DNA of 64,000 nt. It comes from Candidatus Aenigmatarchaeota archaeon. GTDB taxonomy: Archaea > Aenigmatarchaeota > Aenigmatarchaeia > CG10238-14 > SCSR01. The notes under the pieces are model-generated. The model searched no databases and was not told where the DNA came from. It saw nothing but the letters and a program-made list of their open reading frames with translations. The DNA lies in NCBI GenBank assembly GCA_030615205.1, contig JAUWZS010000002.1:131212-195211 (forward strand), written 5' to 3'. The position numbers and the translations under genes are program-made. The first letter of the stretch is position 1. Each line of letters opens with the position of its first letter. This document shows positions 1 to 8,795 of this stretch, in pieces.

Positions 1-92
1 GTAAGCTTGACAGAACGGAAGGAGTGATCCTGCTCTTCATCTATATAGTATTCCTTATTTCAACATTTGGAGTGCAGATAACGATAATCTAG
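1..92 (+). CDS. 3' end of a membrane transporter gene (CaCA Na+/Ca2+ exchanger-like C-terminus), partial
   Basis: Frame 3 reads KLDRTEGVILLFIYIVFLISTFGVQITII then TAG at 90-92. The R-x-EG motif followed by a hydrophobic tail resembles CaCA antiporter C-termini. The start lies outside the window. Confidence 0.35.
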   Translation, partial: KLDRTEGVILLFIYIVFLISTFGVQITII

Positions 93-113
93 CGGGCAAA
101 TGACAGTTTCAGA

Positions 114-638
114 CTATCTCCAGTCTATGCCAATGATACTGTTAAAAAGACGGAAAAATAACTCATAAAGTTTTCCAGGTCTTGCTTGATAAACAAAAAT
201 TATTGTTTCAACGTCTTTCTTGACTTTTTCACTTCTCTGAGATTCTTCTTCAAGAGTTTCAGACATAGTCCTTAAACCGCTAGCATGTAAAGCGTCTGTC
301 ACTTCTCCCATTTGCCATTCCTTCTTTTTAATCTCCATAAAAGCAGCAGCTCTTTTCTTTGAATCTAATCCGATAAAGTCTTGTATAGTATAAATCCTTT
401 TTTCTTTATCTCCAGATTCTTCTTTAACTTCGATAGGATTTCTAAGGTATAACCCCCATTTTCTGACAAGTCTCCAGTTATAAAGCTGATTTAGAACTAA
501 AAATGTTTCCATGCCCATCCCAAAATATCTATCCCATCCCATATGTTTTGTAATTTCTTCTATTGTAGAAAATGGGTGGGTCTCCACATATTCGAATATT
601 CTTTTCCTTTCCCAACGATGTTGATTAGAAGGTGGCAT
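114..638 (-). CDS. hypothetical protein
   Basis: 174-aa ORF with no competing frame. I recognised no motif. Confidence 0.5.
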   Translation of the reverse strand: MPPSNQHRWERKRIFEYVETHPFSTIEEITKHMGWDRYFGMGMETFLVLNQLYNWRLVRKWGLYLRNPIEVKEESGDKEKRIYTIQDFIGLDSKKRAAAFMEIKKKEWQMGEVTDALHASGLRTMSETLEEESQRSEKVKKDVETIIFVYQARPGKLYELFFRLFNSIIGIDWR

Positions 639-774
639 AAAATTCTAAATTATAATTTGTAAATTATCTTTAAATGTCCATATGAATTTTTTCCCAATTT
701 ATAAGTTTTTAAAAAATCATAGACCATCCTATCTGATTTAGATTGTTTCAATATGGCAAGAGTACGCATGGATT

Positions 775-1050
775 CTAAACGCATGCAGTACCGTCAAAGC
801 ATTTACCTTCTGGACATTCGCAGATTTCCACTTCATGACTATGTTGTGGAGCGCAACCACAAGCTCCGACCAGACAGATATTTGGGAAATTGCCTGCTGA
901 CTTGCAACACGCCGACATTCTGACAGCACCGCCTGAATTTATGCAAGCCTGTTCCTTTCCTGATGCTTCTGACGTTGGAGTATTTTTAATGTTCGCGACT
1001 GTGAAAGCTATGGCCACGAACAACAAAGCTGCGATAAATACCTTTTTCAT
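775..1050 (-). CDS. small secreted cysteine-rich protein
   Basis: N-terminal signal-like segment MKKVFIAALLFVAIAFTVA. The mature part carries about 11 Cys (CCKSAGNFPNICLVGACGCAP...CECPEGKCFDGTAC). Confidence 0.6.
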   Translation of the reverse strand: MKKVFIAALLFVAIAFTVANIKNTPTSEASGKEQACINSGGAVRMSACCKSAGNFPNICLVGACGCAPQHSHEVEICECPEGKCFDGTACV

Positions 1051-1201
1051 AGTTAAGATATAGTAAAAAGGAGTTAAAAAATCAATTTATCCTATCTGAT
1101 TCGGATTATTTAGATTTTTCTCTTCCCAATATTTCACAACCAAATTTGGGTAGCACACAAAAGACATATATTTATATATCAGTGCTACCCATAATAATTT
1201 T

Positions 1202-2137
1202 ATGGCGTATACACTGGTTAAAATTAGAAATAAAAAGAAATATTATTATCTTATAAAAAATATTAGAATAAACAATAAATGGAAAAAATTCACAGTTTAT
1301 TTGGGTTCTAATTTAAATAAAAAACAGCTAATAGATAAGAAGAAAAAATATTCTAAGATATTGGAACAAAGATCTAAAGAGTATCTCAAAAGAATAGATA
1401 TTTTACGAAATCTTATTTCCGATAAAGATTTAAAATTTTTAGAATTAGCCAAACAAAAATATAAAAAATTTTCTAAGCAGAGTATAGCTACCAGAGAAAA
1501 ATATTACGAATGGTTTGTGACAACTTTTACTTACAACTCTAATGCTATAGAGGGCTCAACAATAACATTAGAAGAAACTTCTATGATTTTATTTGAAAAA
1601 ATAACTCCATCAAATAGAACTTTGAGAGAAGTGAGAGAAGTAGAAAATCATAAAAAAGCTTTTGATTATATGTTAACATATAAAGGCGATATAAATAAGA
1701 AATTTGTATTGAGACTTCATAGAATTCTTACAATAGATATACTGCAAAAAGAAGAATCTGGTAAATTTAGAAAAGTTCAAGTTTTCATAAGAGGTGAAAA
1801 ACAAATGCCTCCAAAACCAAAATTAATTTCTCTTGAACTTAATAAACTTATGAAATGGTATAATAAAAATAAGAAAAAATACCATCCTGTTATTGTAGCG
1901 TCCTATTTTCATACTGCTTTTGAAGGAGTACATCCATTTGTAGATTTTAACGGAAGGACAGGACGTTTATTACTCAATTTTATTTTATTAAAAAACAGAT
2001 TTCCAGCGATAGATATACGAACCAAAGAGAAAATACAATATTATAGAGCTATAAAACGTGCGATTAAAGAAGGGAATTTAAAACCATTTGTAAATTTGGT
2101 TATTAAATACATTAAAGAGATGGTTGATAAATTTTAG
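1202..2137 (+). CDS. Fic/DOC family protein (AMPylase-type Fido domain)
   Basis: Fic motif HPFVDFNGRTGR within FEGVHPFVDFNGRTGRLLLNFIL. The gene is very AT-rich compared with its neighbours. Confidence 0.85.
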   Translation: MAYTLVKIRNKKKYYYLIKNIRINNKWKKFTVYLGSNLNKKQLIDKKKKYSKILEQRSKEYLKRIDILRNLISDKDLKFLELAKQKYKKFSKQSIATREKYYEWFVTTFTYNSNAIEGSTITLEETSMILFEKITPSNRTLREVREVENHKKAFDYMLTYKGDINKKFVLRLHRILTIDILQKEESGKFRKVQVFIRGEKQMPPKPKLISLELNKLMKWYNKNKKKYHPVIVASYFHTAFEGVHPFVDFNGRTGRLLLNFILLKNRFPAIDIRTKEKIQYYRAIKRAIKEGNLKPFVNLVIKYIKEMVDKF

Positions 2138-2157
2138 AATCGATTAAATTATTCTTT

Positions 2158-2553
2158 CTATTCTTTCTTTTCTTTCTCTAAAACCACAGCGCTTACTACA
2201 GCATGCTGGGAAGGCCTGCTGGTAACGCGCGCCAAGCCAAGCTCGGTTTCTATTGTTGTGCCTTTTGTTATTATTCCACGTCGTATGAAATGCGGGTTTG
2301 CTGGATTCTTAATAACGTCTATTATTTTCACTTTCTGGGTTTTCTTCGTTGCCGGATCGTAGACATTGGCAGTTTGCGCAGCAAGAGCTCTTAATTTCCT
2401 GCCCCCGCCTTTTGTTCGCACAAGACTCTTACGTTCCTTTCCTAGCTTTGTCATCAAAGGATTGCTGCCTCGTTCAAACTTCCTCTTTCTTCTATACAAA
2501 TTTATTTTTCCACCAGTTTTCTTCTTTCCGCGCTCACCGTGCCATATCGGCAT
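2158..2553 (-). CDS. rps8e: 30S ribosomal protein S8e
   Basis: MPIWHGERGKKKTGGK...RKRKFERG...GGGRKLR pattern typical of S8e. ATG at 2553 is preferred over the TTG at 2562. Confidence 0.9.
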   Translation of the reverse strand: MPIWHGERGKKKTGGKINLYRRKRKFERGSNPLMTKLGKERKSLVRTKGGGRKLRALAAQTANVYDPATKKTQKVKIIDVIKNPANPHFIRRGIITKGTTIETELGLARVTSRPSQHAVVSAVVLEKEKKE

Positions 2554-2742
2554 ATTTCTCAACCTCTCTCAAAAAACTTTACTAAAAGTTTAACGGAATT
2601 TGAATATAAATACTTTTAAGTTCGAATAAACAAAAGTAAATAAAATAAAGGAAACAGAAATAGAACTAAATAAATCCAAAAATAAAATTAAATAAAACTA
2701 AAAACGGAAACAATTCAAGGATGATTCAAGGTGAATAATAAA

Positions 2743-2967
2743 ATGACAGAAAGGCCAATAGATGCACTCGATAGAGCCAAAGGAAAAAAGATATTTGCAA
2801 AGTTAAAAAACGGTGACGAAATAACAGGCGTACTAAGAGCGCTTGATTTGCATTTGAACCTTTGGATTGATGAAGCAGAAATTCAGAAGGACGGCAACAA
2901 AGTGCGCTTGGGCACTGTTCTCGTACGCGGCGACACTATTGTTTATGCTTCTCCTGTGCAAGTTTAA
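2743..2967 (+). CDS. Sm-like archaeal protein (LSm/SmAP)
   Basis: Sm1/Sm2-like sequence IFAKLKNGDEITGVLRALDLHLNLWIDEAE...VLVRGDTIVYASP. It sits directly upstream of L37e, the usual archaeal pairing. ATG at 2743 lies inside the ORF that opens at 2731. Confidence 0.85.
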   Translation: MTERPIDALDRAKGKKIFAKLKNGDEITGVLRALDLHLNLWIDEAEIQKDGNKVRLGTVLVRGDTIVYASPVQV

Positions 2968-3092
2968 TCCCATAATTGCATAAATAAACATTTCGGATTT
3001 TTAAAGATTTCTTTATTATACAAAAATAATATAATCTAAAATAAAATAAAAGTAACAATAAAAGTAAAAATAAAAGTAACGAGCGTGGTAAA

Positions 3093-3332
3093 ATGACAAA
3101 AGGAACACCAGCATTCGGAAGGAAAATAGGCGTTAAACATATCAGATGCAGGCGCTGCGGACGCGTTGCTTTCCATGTGAAGAAAAGCAAATGCGCAGCG
3201 TGCGGTTTTGGTAAAACGAGAAAGATCCGAAAGTTCAATTGGCAGATGAAGAACTACCGCAGGCTCAGAAAACAGCAAAAAGTAAGACCAAAAACCGGCA
3301 AAATTAGAAAAGATAAAAAGAAGAAAAAATGA
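3093..3332 (+). CDS. rpl37e: 50S ribosomal protein L37e
   Basis: [11 protein letters not shown]...[23 protein letters not shown] zinc-ribbon signature of L37e. Confidence 0.9.
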   Translation: MTKGTPAFGRKIGVKHIRCRRCGRVAFHVKKSKCAACGFGKTRKIRKFNWQMKNYRRLRKQQKVRPKTGKIRKDKKKKK

Positions 3333-3357
3333 ATTTTTTTATGGGCTCAGGGAAAAG

Positions 3358-3477
3358 GGGCTCGTAGCTCAGCATGGTAGAGCAGCTGGCTTTTAGCATT
3401 AAGCGAAAAAGCGCTGATTCCAATATGACGAAACGGAAGAAACCAGTTGGTCGAGGGTTCGAATCCCTCCGAGCCCA
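3358..3477 (+). tRNA. tRNA-Lys(UUU) with a canonical 37/38 intron of about 46 nt
   Basis: Acceptor GGGCTCG/CGAGCCC. D-arm GCTC-AGCATGGTA-GAGC. Anticodon stem GCTGG/CCAGT with loop CT-TTT-A, interrupted at 3396-3441. T-arm GAGGG-TTCGAAT-CCCTC. Discriminator A; CCA is not encoded. Confidence 0.85.
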
Positions 3478-3491
3478 TTAATTCCTTAAGT

Positions 3492-4091
3492 TTAGAAGCA
3501 ACTGAATTCTTTCGTACCAAGTTCATCGTTTGCTTCGGTTGTGCATTTTATTGTGTTGCTCTCTACATAATAGTACTTTAAGTTCGGATTGTATATTTTC
3601 TGCGCACAGCATATGCTTTTCGCCGAGTTCGCACTTAGGGAATCATATTCTTCCTGGGCTGCAGCTAGTTTGCTTTCCAGCTCATTTACTTCACTCATCA
3701 ATTTGTCTACCTGGGCCATCCAATTACTAATATCGAACTCGCATGATGTTAAATCGGATCGCAATCTCTCAATCTGGTTTTTGTATTCTGAGATTTCTTC
3801 TTCCAGCTCGAGCTTATTCAAATCACAAACAACCAATTTATCCTGTGTCCCATTGGCAAACTCAGACAACATCTCCAAATTGCTTTTGCAAATATCAAGT
3901 TCGGCTGATAACTGGGCTGATACTTGAATACAATCTTTGGTTGTAATGTTCGACGATGCTGTAGAAAGAATATAAGTTGCATATCCACTAACTGAGCCTA
4001 CAACTACAGCAAGTGCCGCAATAGCTATAATAACTGATAGATATTTTTTGAAAAACCATCTAAAACTAGTCTGAGGAATCCAATAACCCAT
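3492..4091 (-). CDS. membrane-anchored coiled-coil protein, Cys-containing ectodomain
   Basis: N-terminal TM (SVIIAIAALAVVVGSVSGYATYIL) followed by heptad-like E/L/K-rich sequence. No family recognised. Confidence 0.55.
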   Translation of the reverse strand: MGYWIPQTSFRWFFKKYLSVIIAIAALAVVVGSVSGYATYILSTASSNITTKDCIQVSAQLSAELDICKSNLEMLSEFANGTQDKLVVCDLNKLELEEEISEYKNQIERLRSDLTSCEFDISNWMAQVDKLMSEVNELESKLAAAQEEYDSLSANSAKSICCAQKIYNPNLKYYYVESNTIKCTTEANDELGTKEFSCF

Positions 4092-4207
4092 AATAAATTA
4101 TTTGTCTTTATAAAAATTAAAATAGATGGATATTATAAAATAAATGATGGATATTATAATAATCCCCGAAACCATAGAAATTTATAGAAATAACAGATGA
4201 TTACAAC

Positions 4208-4618
4208 ATGGCTGAAAAATCAAAGCAACCAAGTCAGACAGAAGCCAAAGAGGGTAAAGAGACTAAAAAAGAAACTGCCGAGGATAGGGTGGAGAAAAAA
4301 GTACGATCTAGGCTCTCGCCTTATGAATGGAGACTTTTGAGGGAGCGGTTGGGCATAAAGAAGAAATTGACAGCGTTCCAACGTGAATTTCGCAGGCGAC
4401 TTGCAACTTTTATTACAGGAGCATTTGCATTCGTTGCTGCTTTGCTTTGGAGAGACGCAATAAAGTCGTTTTTAGAAAAATATCAAAGTCTAATAGAAGA
4501 GTCGTTGCCAATAAAAGAAGTTTGGGTTACCGAAGTGTTTACTGCTTTTGTTGTCTCAGCCATAGCAATAGTGGTGATAATTCTAGTAACAAAATCATTA
4601 AAAGTAAACGAAAAATAA
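4208..4618 (+). CDS. small membrane protein with charged N-terminus
   Basis: K/E-rich N-terminus followed by two hydrophobic helices (FITGAFAFVAALLW, FTAFVVSAIAIVVIILV). Confidence 0.55.
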   Translation: MAEKSKQPSQTEAKEGKETKKETAEDRVEKKVRSRLSPYEWRLLRERLGIKKKLTAFQREFRRRLATFITGAFAFVAALLWRDAIKSFLEKYQSLIEESLPIKEVWVTEVFTAFVVSAIAIVVIILVTKSLKVNEK

Positions 4619-4686
4619 TAAAACATAACATTTAATACATTATACAAAAGAAGATATAGTGAACGTTGCAAACTTAAGGGGCCCAA

Positions 4687-4805
4687 GGGCCCATAACAAC
4701 TAACGTTGTGGGTATAGCTCAGCATGGTAGAGCAGCTGGCTCTTAACCAGTTGGTCGTGGGTTCGAAAGCAATATATTATATCGCCGAAATTCCCACTGG
4801 GCCCA
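4687..4805 (+). tRNA. tRNA-Lys(CUU) with two non-canonical introns (after the 5' acceptor strand, and in the T-loop at 59/60)
   Basis: Exons assemble to GGGCCCA-TA-GCTC-AGCATGGTA-GAGC-A-GCTGG-CTCTTAA-CCAGT-TGGTC-GTGGG-TTCGAAT-CCCAC-TGGGCCC-A. Inserted segments are about 4694-4714 (21 nt) and 4768-4791 (24 nt). A second GGGCCCA copy at 4679-4685 makes the 5' boundary ambiguous. Confidence 0.7.
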
Positions 4806-4904
4806 CTTTATACACATAAAAATTTAAGTTTCTTTACAGAGAGATTATTTACAGAAAGATCATTTAGAGAGAGGCTATTTACAAAAAGATAATCCAGTGG
4901 TATA

Positions 4905-6287
4905 ATGACGGACGATTTTTTTCCAGAACCTTTCAAAATAAAGATGGTTGAACGGATTAAATTAAAACCAAAAAAAGAAAGGGAAAGGTTGATCAAAGAA
5001 GCTGGCTACAATGTTTTCATGCTGAAGATAGAGGATATTTTCATTGACCTATTGACAGACAGTGGGACATCTGCAATGAGCGATAATCAATGGTCTGGGA
5101 TGTTCAAAACAAAACAGGCTTATGCAGGCAGTGACAGTTACTACAGCTTAGAAGCTGCTATGAAAGATGTGTTTGGTTTTAAGCACTTTGTTCCTGTGCA
5201 TCAAGGACGGGCCGCTGAAAACATACTATTTTCAACAATTATAACAAAAGGCGACTATGTTCCGAATAACATGCATTTTGACACAACTGAAGCCAATATC
5301 ACGCGCAATGGCGGAATTCCTGTTAATCTCATTATCGAAGACGCTTATGACACAGCAAAGATCCTGCTGTTCAAAGGGAATATGGACATACAAAAATTAG
5401 AAAAATTCATAGAAGAAAAGACGCCAGATAAGATCCCGCTAATCATGGTCACTATCACGAACAACGGTGGTGGCGGGCAACCAGTGTCGATGGAGAACAT
5501 AAGGCAGATCAGCAATATCGCAAAAAAACATAATATCCCGTTCTTTATAGATGCATGCAGATTCGCGGAGAATTGTTACTTTATCCAGCAAAGAGAAGAA
5601 GGGTACAAAAATAAAACAATAAAACAAATAGCAAAAGAGCTTTTTTCATACGCGGATGGCTGCACGTTCAGCGGCAAAAAAGAAGCTCTGGTGAACATAG
5701 GCGGGATGTTATGCACGAATGACGAGAAGCTTCATACAAAGTTAAAAAACTTGCTGATAATCATAGAAGGTTTCCCGACTTACGGCGGAATGGCATGCAG
5801 AGACCTTGAAGCAATGGCAAGAGGAATCTATGAAGCGATCGATGATGATTACCAAAAATACAGGCATGCTCAAATGAAATTCTTGGCTGATCTTCTAAGA
5901 AAAGGCGGAGTGCCGATAGTTGAACCAACTGGCGGACACGCGGTTTATGTTGATGCAAGGAAATTCCTGCCACATATACCGATTGAAAATTTTGCTGCTC
6001 AGGCATTACTAGCTCAACTGTTCATAGAATCAGGAGTGAGAGGAGCTGAACTTGGCTGCTCATGCTTCGGAAAAACAGACCCAAAAACCGGAAAGTTCAT
6101 TCCTCCGAGACTGGATCTGCTGCGATTGACAATACCCCGGAGAGTTTACACAAACAATCATATGAAGCATGTTGCAAATGGCCTTATAGAATTATACAAG
6201 AAGCGAAAAGAAATAAAAGGTCTAAAAAGAACTTATGCACCAAAACTCCTCGGTCACTTTACTGCAAAATTTGAACCGATAAAATAA
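4905..6287 (+). CDS. PLP-dependent beta-eliminating lyase (tryptophanase / tyrosine phenol-lyase family)
   Basis: N-terminus FPEPFKIKMVE...DLLTDSGTSAMSDNQW and the PLP-lysine region FSGKKEALVNIGG match the TnaA/TPL family over the full length. Confidence 0.8.
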   Translation: MTDDFFPEPFKIKMVERIKLKPKKERERLIKEAGYNVFMLKIEDIFIDLLTDSGTSAMSDNQWSGMFKTKQAYAGSDSYYSLEAAMKDVFGFKHFVPVHQGRAAENILFSTIITKGDYVPNNMHFDTTEANITRNGGIPVNLIIEDAYDTAKILLFKGNMDIQKLEKFIEEKTPDKIPLIMVTITNNGGGGQPVSMENIRQISNIAKKHNIPFFIDACRFAENCYFIQQREEGYKNKTIKQIAKELFSYADGCTFSGKKEALVNIGGMLCTNDEKLHTKLKNLLIIIEGFPTYGGMACRDLEAMARGIYEAIDDDYQKYRHAQMKFLADLLRKGGVPIVEPTGGHAVYVDARKFLPHIPIENFAAQALLAQLFIESGVRGAELGCSCFGKTDPKTGKFIPPRLDLLRLTIPRRVYTNNHMKHVANGLIELYKKRKEIKGLKRTYAPKLLGHFTAKFEPIK

Positions 6288-6321
6288 ATCTATTTTAATT
6301 CTGTTTGCTAATTTTAGAGTA

Positions 6322-6585
6322 GTGAATATCTTGAAGAGTTTAAAGAAACTGACAAAGGCAGAAGGATTACAAATACATGAAGGTAAAAGGAGAAGTTTAG
6401 TTAAAGCAGTAACTTGGCGTGTGATAGCAACATTAACAACAATGGTTCTTGTTTTCATAGCCACAGGGGAACTGACTGTAACATTGGGCGTCGGTGTGCT
6501 GGATGTTGTCACAAAATTAATCTTCTATTTCGGCCATGAAAGAATGTGGAACCTGATCACTTGGGGAAAATATAAAAAGAATTAG
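6322..6585 (+). CDS. DUF2061-type small membrane protein
   Basis: KRRSLVKAVTWRVIATLTTMVLVFIATGE...FYFGHERMWN pattern. GTG start. Confidence 0.6.
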   Translation: MNILKSLKKLTKAEGLQIHEGKRRSLVKAVTWRVIATLTTMVLVFIATGELTVTLGVGVLDVVTKLIFYFGHERMWNLITWGKYKKN

Positions 6586-6598
6586 ATGGATTTAAAAT

Positions 6599-7054
6599 CT
6601 ATTTTTCGTCTTCTTTATCAAATTCTCTTACTAGTTCTAACAAGAGTTTATAAACTTCTTCAGGAGACTTGCCACTTCTTTGAACAAGAGATTTACCAAT
6701 TGTATCAAATATATGACCTGCGAATTCTTCTTTAGTTTTTATTTTTGAGGAATCTACCATACTTTCGCCTTTTTGTGTTAGTTCATAATATTTTCCTGAT
6801 GAAGGGATATAATCTCTCTCAATGCCATTTTTGTCAAAACCGCCAACAAGACCAAGCATCTGTAATTTTGTTAAATGATAGTGGATGCTCTTTCTAGATC
6901 GAAGGAAATGAGGTATAGGCTCTAATAGTTTGTGTTTGAGATTTTCAGGTAATCTATTTTCTATTTCATGCCCTTGAAGATAACCTTTTTCTTTTGATAA
7001 TATTCTTAATATCGAAAAATGTAGTCTAATGGTTTCTTTATCAAGATATTTCAT
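6599..7054 (-). CDS. winged-helix transcriptional regulator-like protein
   Basis: KSIHYHLTKLQMLGLVGG resembles an ArsR/wHTH recognition helix plus wing. ATG at 7054 avoids the overlap created by the TTG at 7099. Confidence 0.4.
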   Translation of the reverse strand: MKYLDKETIRLHFSILRILSKEKGYLQGHEIENRLPENLKHKLLEPIPHFLRSRKSIHYHLTKLQMLGLVGGFDKNGIERDYIPSSGKYYELTQKGESMVDSSKIKTKEEFAGHIFDTIGKSLVQRSGKSPEEVYKLLLELVREFDKEDEK

Positions 7055-7073
7055 TTTTTGACACCATTTTCTG

Positions 7074-7511
7074 TTACGATGGGCTCGCAACACCTTCAAC
7101 TTTATCTATAATCCAAGAAACTCTACGTTTGTCTCCGACTTTTAAGCCTAGTTTTTTATGGAGCTCCTTCAAGATTTCTTCTGAAGCCTTGCGCTCACAA
7201 TATGCTCTCCTTTTGTTACAGCCTGTAGGACCTAACTCACAAATATCATCTATACTGGCTACAACTTCTAAATGCGCTTCTCTATTTCCTAACAATTCAT
7301 CATAATATTTAATTAAAGAACTGATGAACTCTTTGCTATATTCTTTAGGCACACCCTCGATATTATGGAGATCTATTTCAAATTGCTCTACGTCGCCTAT
7401 ACTACCTATTACATAGGATTCTATACTTTTTCCATCCGAACGTCTAGCTGAAATTAAACAGCACAAGAGATTGAGATGATGTGGCCTCAGCCTGTAAATC
7501 TTGCTAGTCAT
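7074..7511 (-). CDS. DUF1284-like protein
   Basis: N-terminal YRLRPHHLNLLCCL and the later DDICELGPTGC resemble the DUF1284 pattern (RxHHLLC ... C..C). Weak call. Confidence 0.4.
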   Translation of the reverse strand: MTSKIYRLRPHHLNLLCCLISARRSDGKSIESYVIGSIGDVEQFEIDLHNIEGVPKEYSKEFISSLIKYYDELLGNREAHLEVVASIDDICELGPTGCNKRRAYCERKASEEILKELHKKLGLKVGDKRRVSWIIDKVEGVASPS

Positions 7512-7626
7512 AATCAAACACTAAAACTATAAAGTAACAGTAAAAATTTAAACCCATTCCTCTTGAAAACTCACAAATCAACCCAAAACAGATAGATTTA
7601 AAAGTTTAATCTCTGTTCTTATTCTC

Positions 7627-8034
7627 ATGAAAATGGCTAACTTAATAGAGCAACTGAAAGAAGTAGGCTATTATGCTTCGTATTTTATACCAGGGGTAGG
7701 CGTAATTAGAGCATACAAAGCTAGTCGACAAGTTTCGGAATTGACTGAAGGCATAATGTTGGATCAGATTCCTTATGATATTGGAAGTAAAGGTAGATTA
7801 GATTCTTTAACAACTCTAAGGAAATATGGTGGTGAAGTTGCTTTATCTACAGAAGCGCTTAGAGGTTATGGATTATTAACTTGGTACGTATTGAGATCTA
7901 TGCCAGAACCATTCAACTATATAGGAGACGCCATCGGTATATTAACCAATATACTTACACCCATTTCTCAGATATGGCTCAGTCGGAGATCGAGGGTGTA
8001 TGTGTCAAAAATAGAAAATAATAAAGCAGATTGA
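7627..8034 (+). CDS. hypothetical protein
   Basis: 135-aa ORF in a clean intergenic context. No motif recognised. Confidence 0.45.
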   Translation: MKMANLIEQLKEVGYYASYFIPGVGVIRAYKASRQVSELTEGIMLDQIPYDIGSKGRLDSLTTLRKYGGEVALSTEALRGYGLLTWYVLRSMPEPFNYIGDAIGILTNILTPISQIWLSRRSRVYVSKIENNKAD

Positions 8035-8085
8035 ATCATATAGATTTTTGTTCTTGGAAAATAAATATTATAACTGAGAAAGGTG

Positions 8086-8655
8086 ATGAAAATTAAATTA
8101 AGTTTTGTCGTGAGTGTGATAATAGTTGTTTTAATAGTTGGTACTGCAACACTCTTTCTATATCCAGCAGTTGGCCAAGGAACTTTAGTTCTGAAAATTA
8201 CAGATAAAGTTGATTTAACAAATGTAAGTTCTATTGACATTACCATAGATAAGGTCGAGGTGTATAAAGCTGTAATTGGTGAGATAGTAAACGAGACGAA
8301 CGAAACCATAGAAACGAATGAAACAACAACAGCAGGCTGGGAAACTGTGGTCAATGAGAGCAAGTCCTTTGATTTGATAGAAATAACTGGTGTTGAGGAA
8401 TTTCTTGGAGAGAAAACATTAACAGCTGGAAGGTATACTCAAATAAGATTAGAGATCAGTGATGCTAAGATAACTATTGAAGATATACAGCATGATTTGA
8501 AGATACCGAGTAAGAAAATCAAATTAATCCATCCCTTTACCATAGAAGCAAACAAGACAACAACATTGGTATTGGATTTTGACGCATCGGAATCTGTAGT
8601 GAAAGCTGGGCCACAATACATTCTAAAACCAGTTATCAAAATCATAGAGAAGTGA
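8086..8655 (+). CDS. DUF4382-like membrane-anchored protein
   Basis: N-terminal TM, then GTLVLKITDK...FDLIEITG...LTAGRYTQIRLEISDAKITIED...LKIPSKKIKL...TLVLDFDASESV, as in DUF4382 beta-sandwich proteins. Confidence 0.6.
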   Translation: MKIKLSFVVSVIIVVLIVGTATLFLYPAVGQGTLVLKITDKVDLTNVSSIDITIDKVEVYKAVIGEIVNETNETIETNETTTAGWETVVNESKSFDLIEITGVEEFLGEKTLTAGRYTQIRLEISDAKITIEDIQHDLKIPSKKIKLIHPFTIEANKTTTLVLDFDASESVVKAGPQYILKPVIKIIEK

Positions 8656-8795
8656 TTTTTTTATCTTTCAATCAACTCAAATCGGATAGATTTTTGTTCT
8701 GAGGAGAGCTTAAGCTTTAAACCATCTATGATAAAAATGAAAAGAAACATTAAGAAAAGTTAAAAGTAACAGAAATAAAATTTTTGAACTATAGT

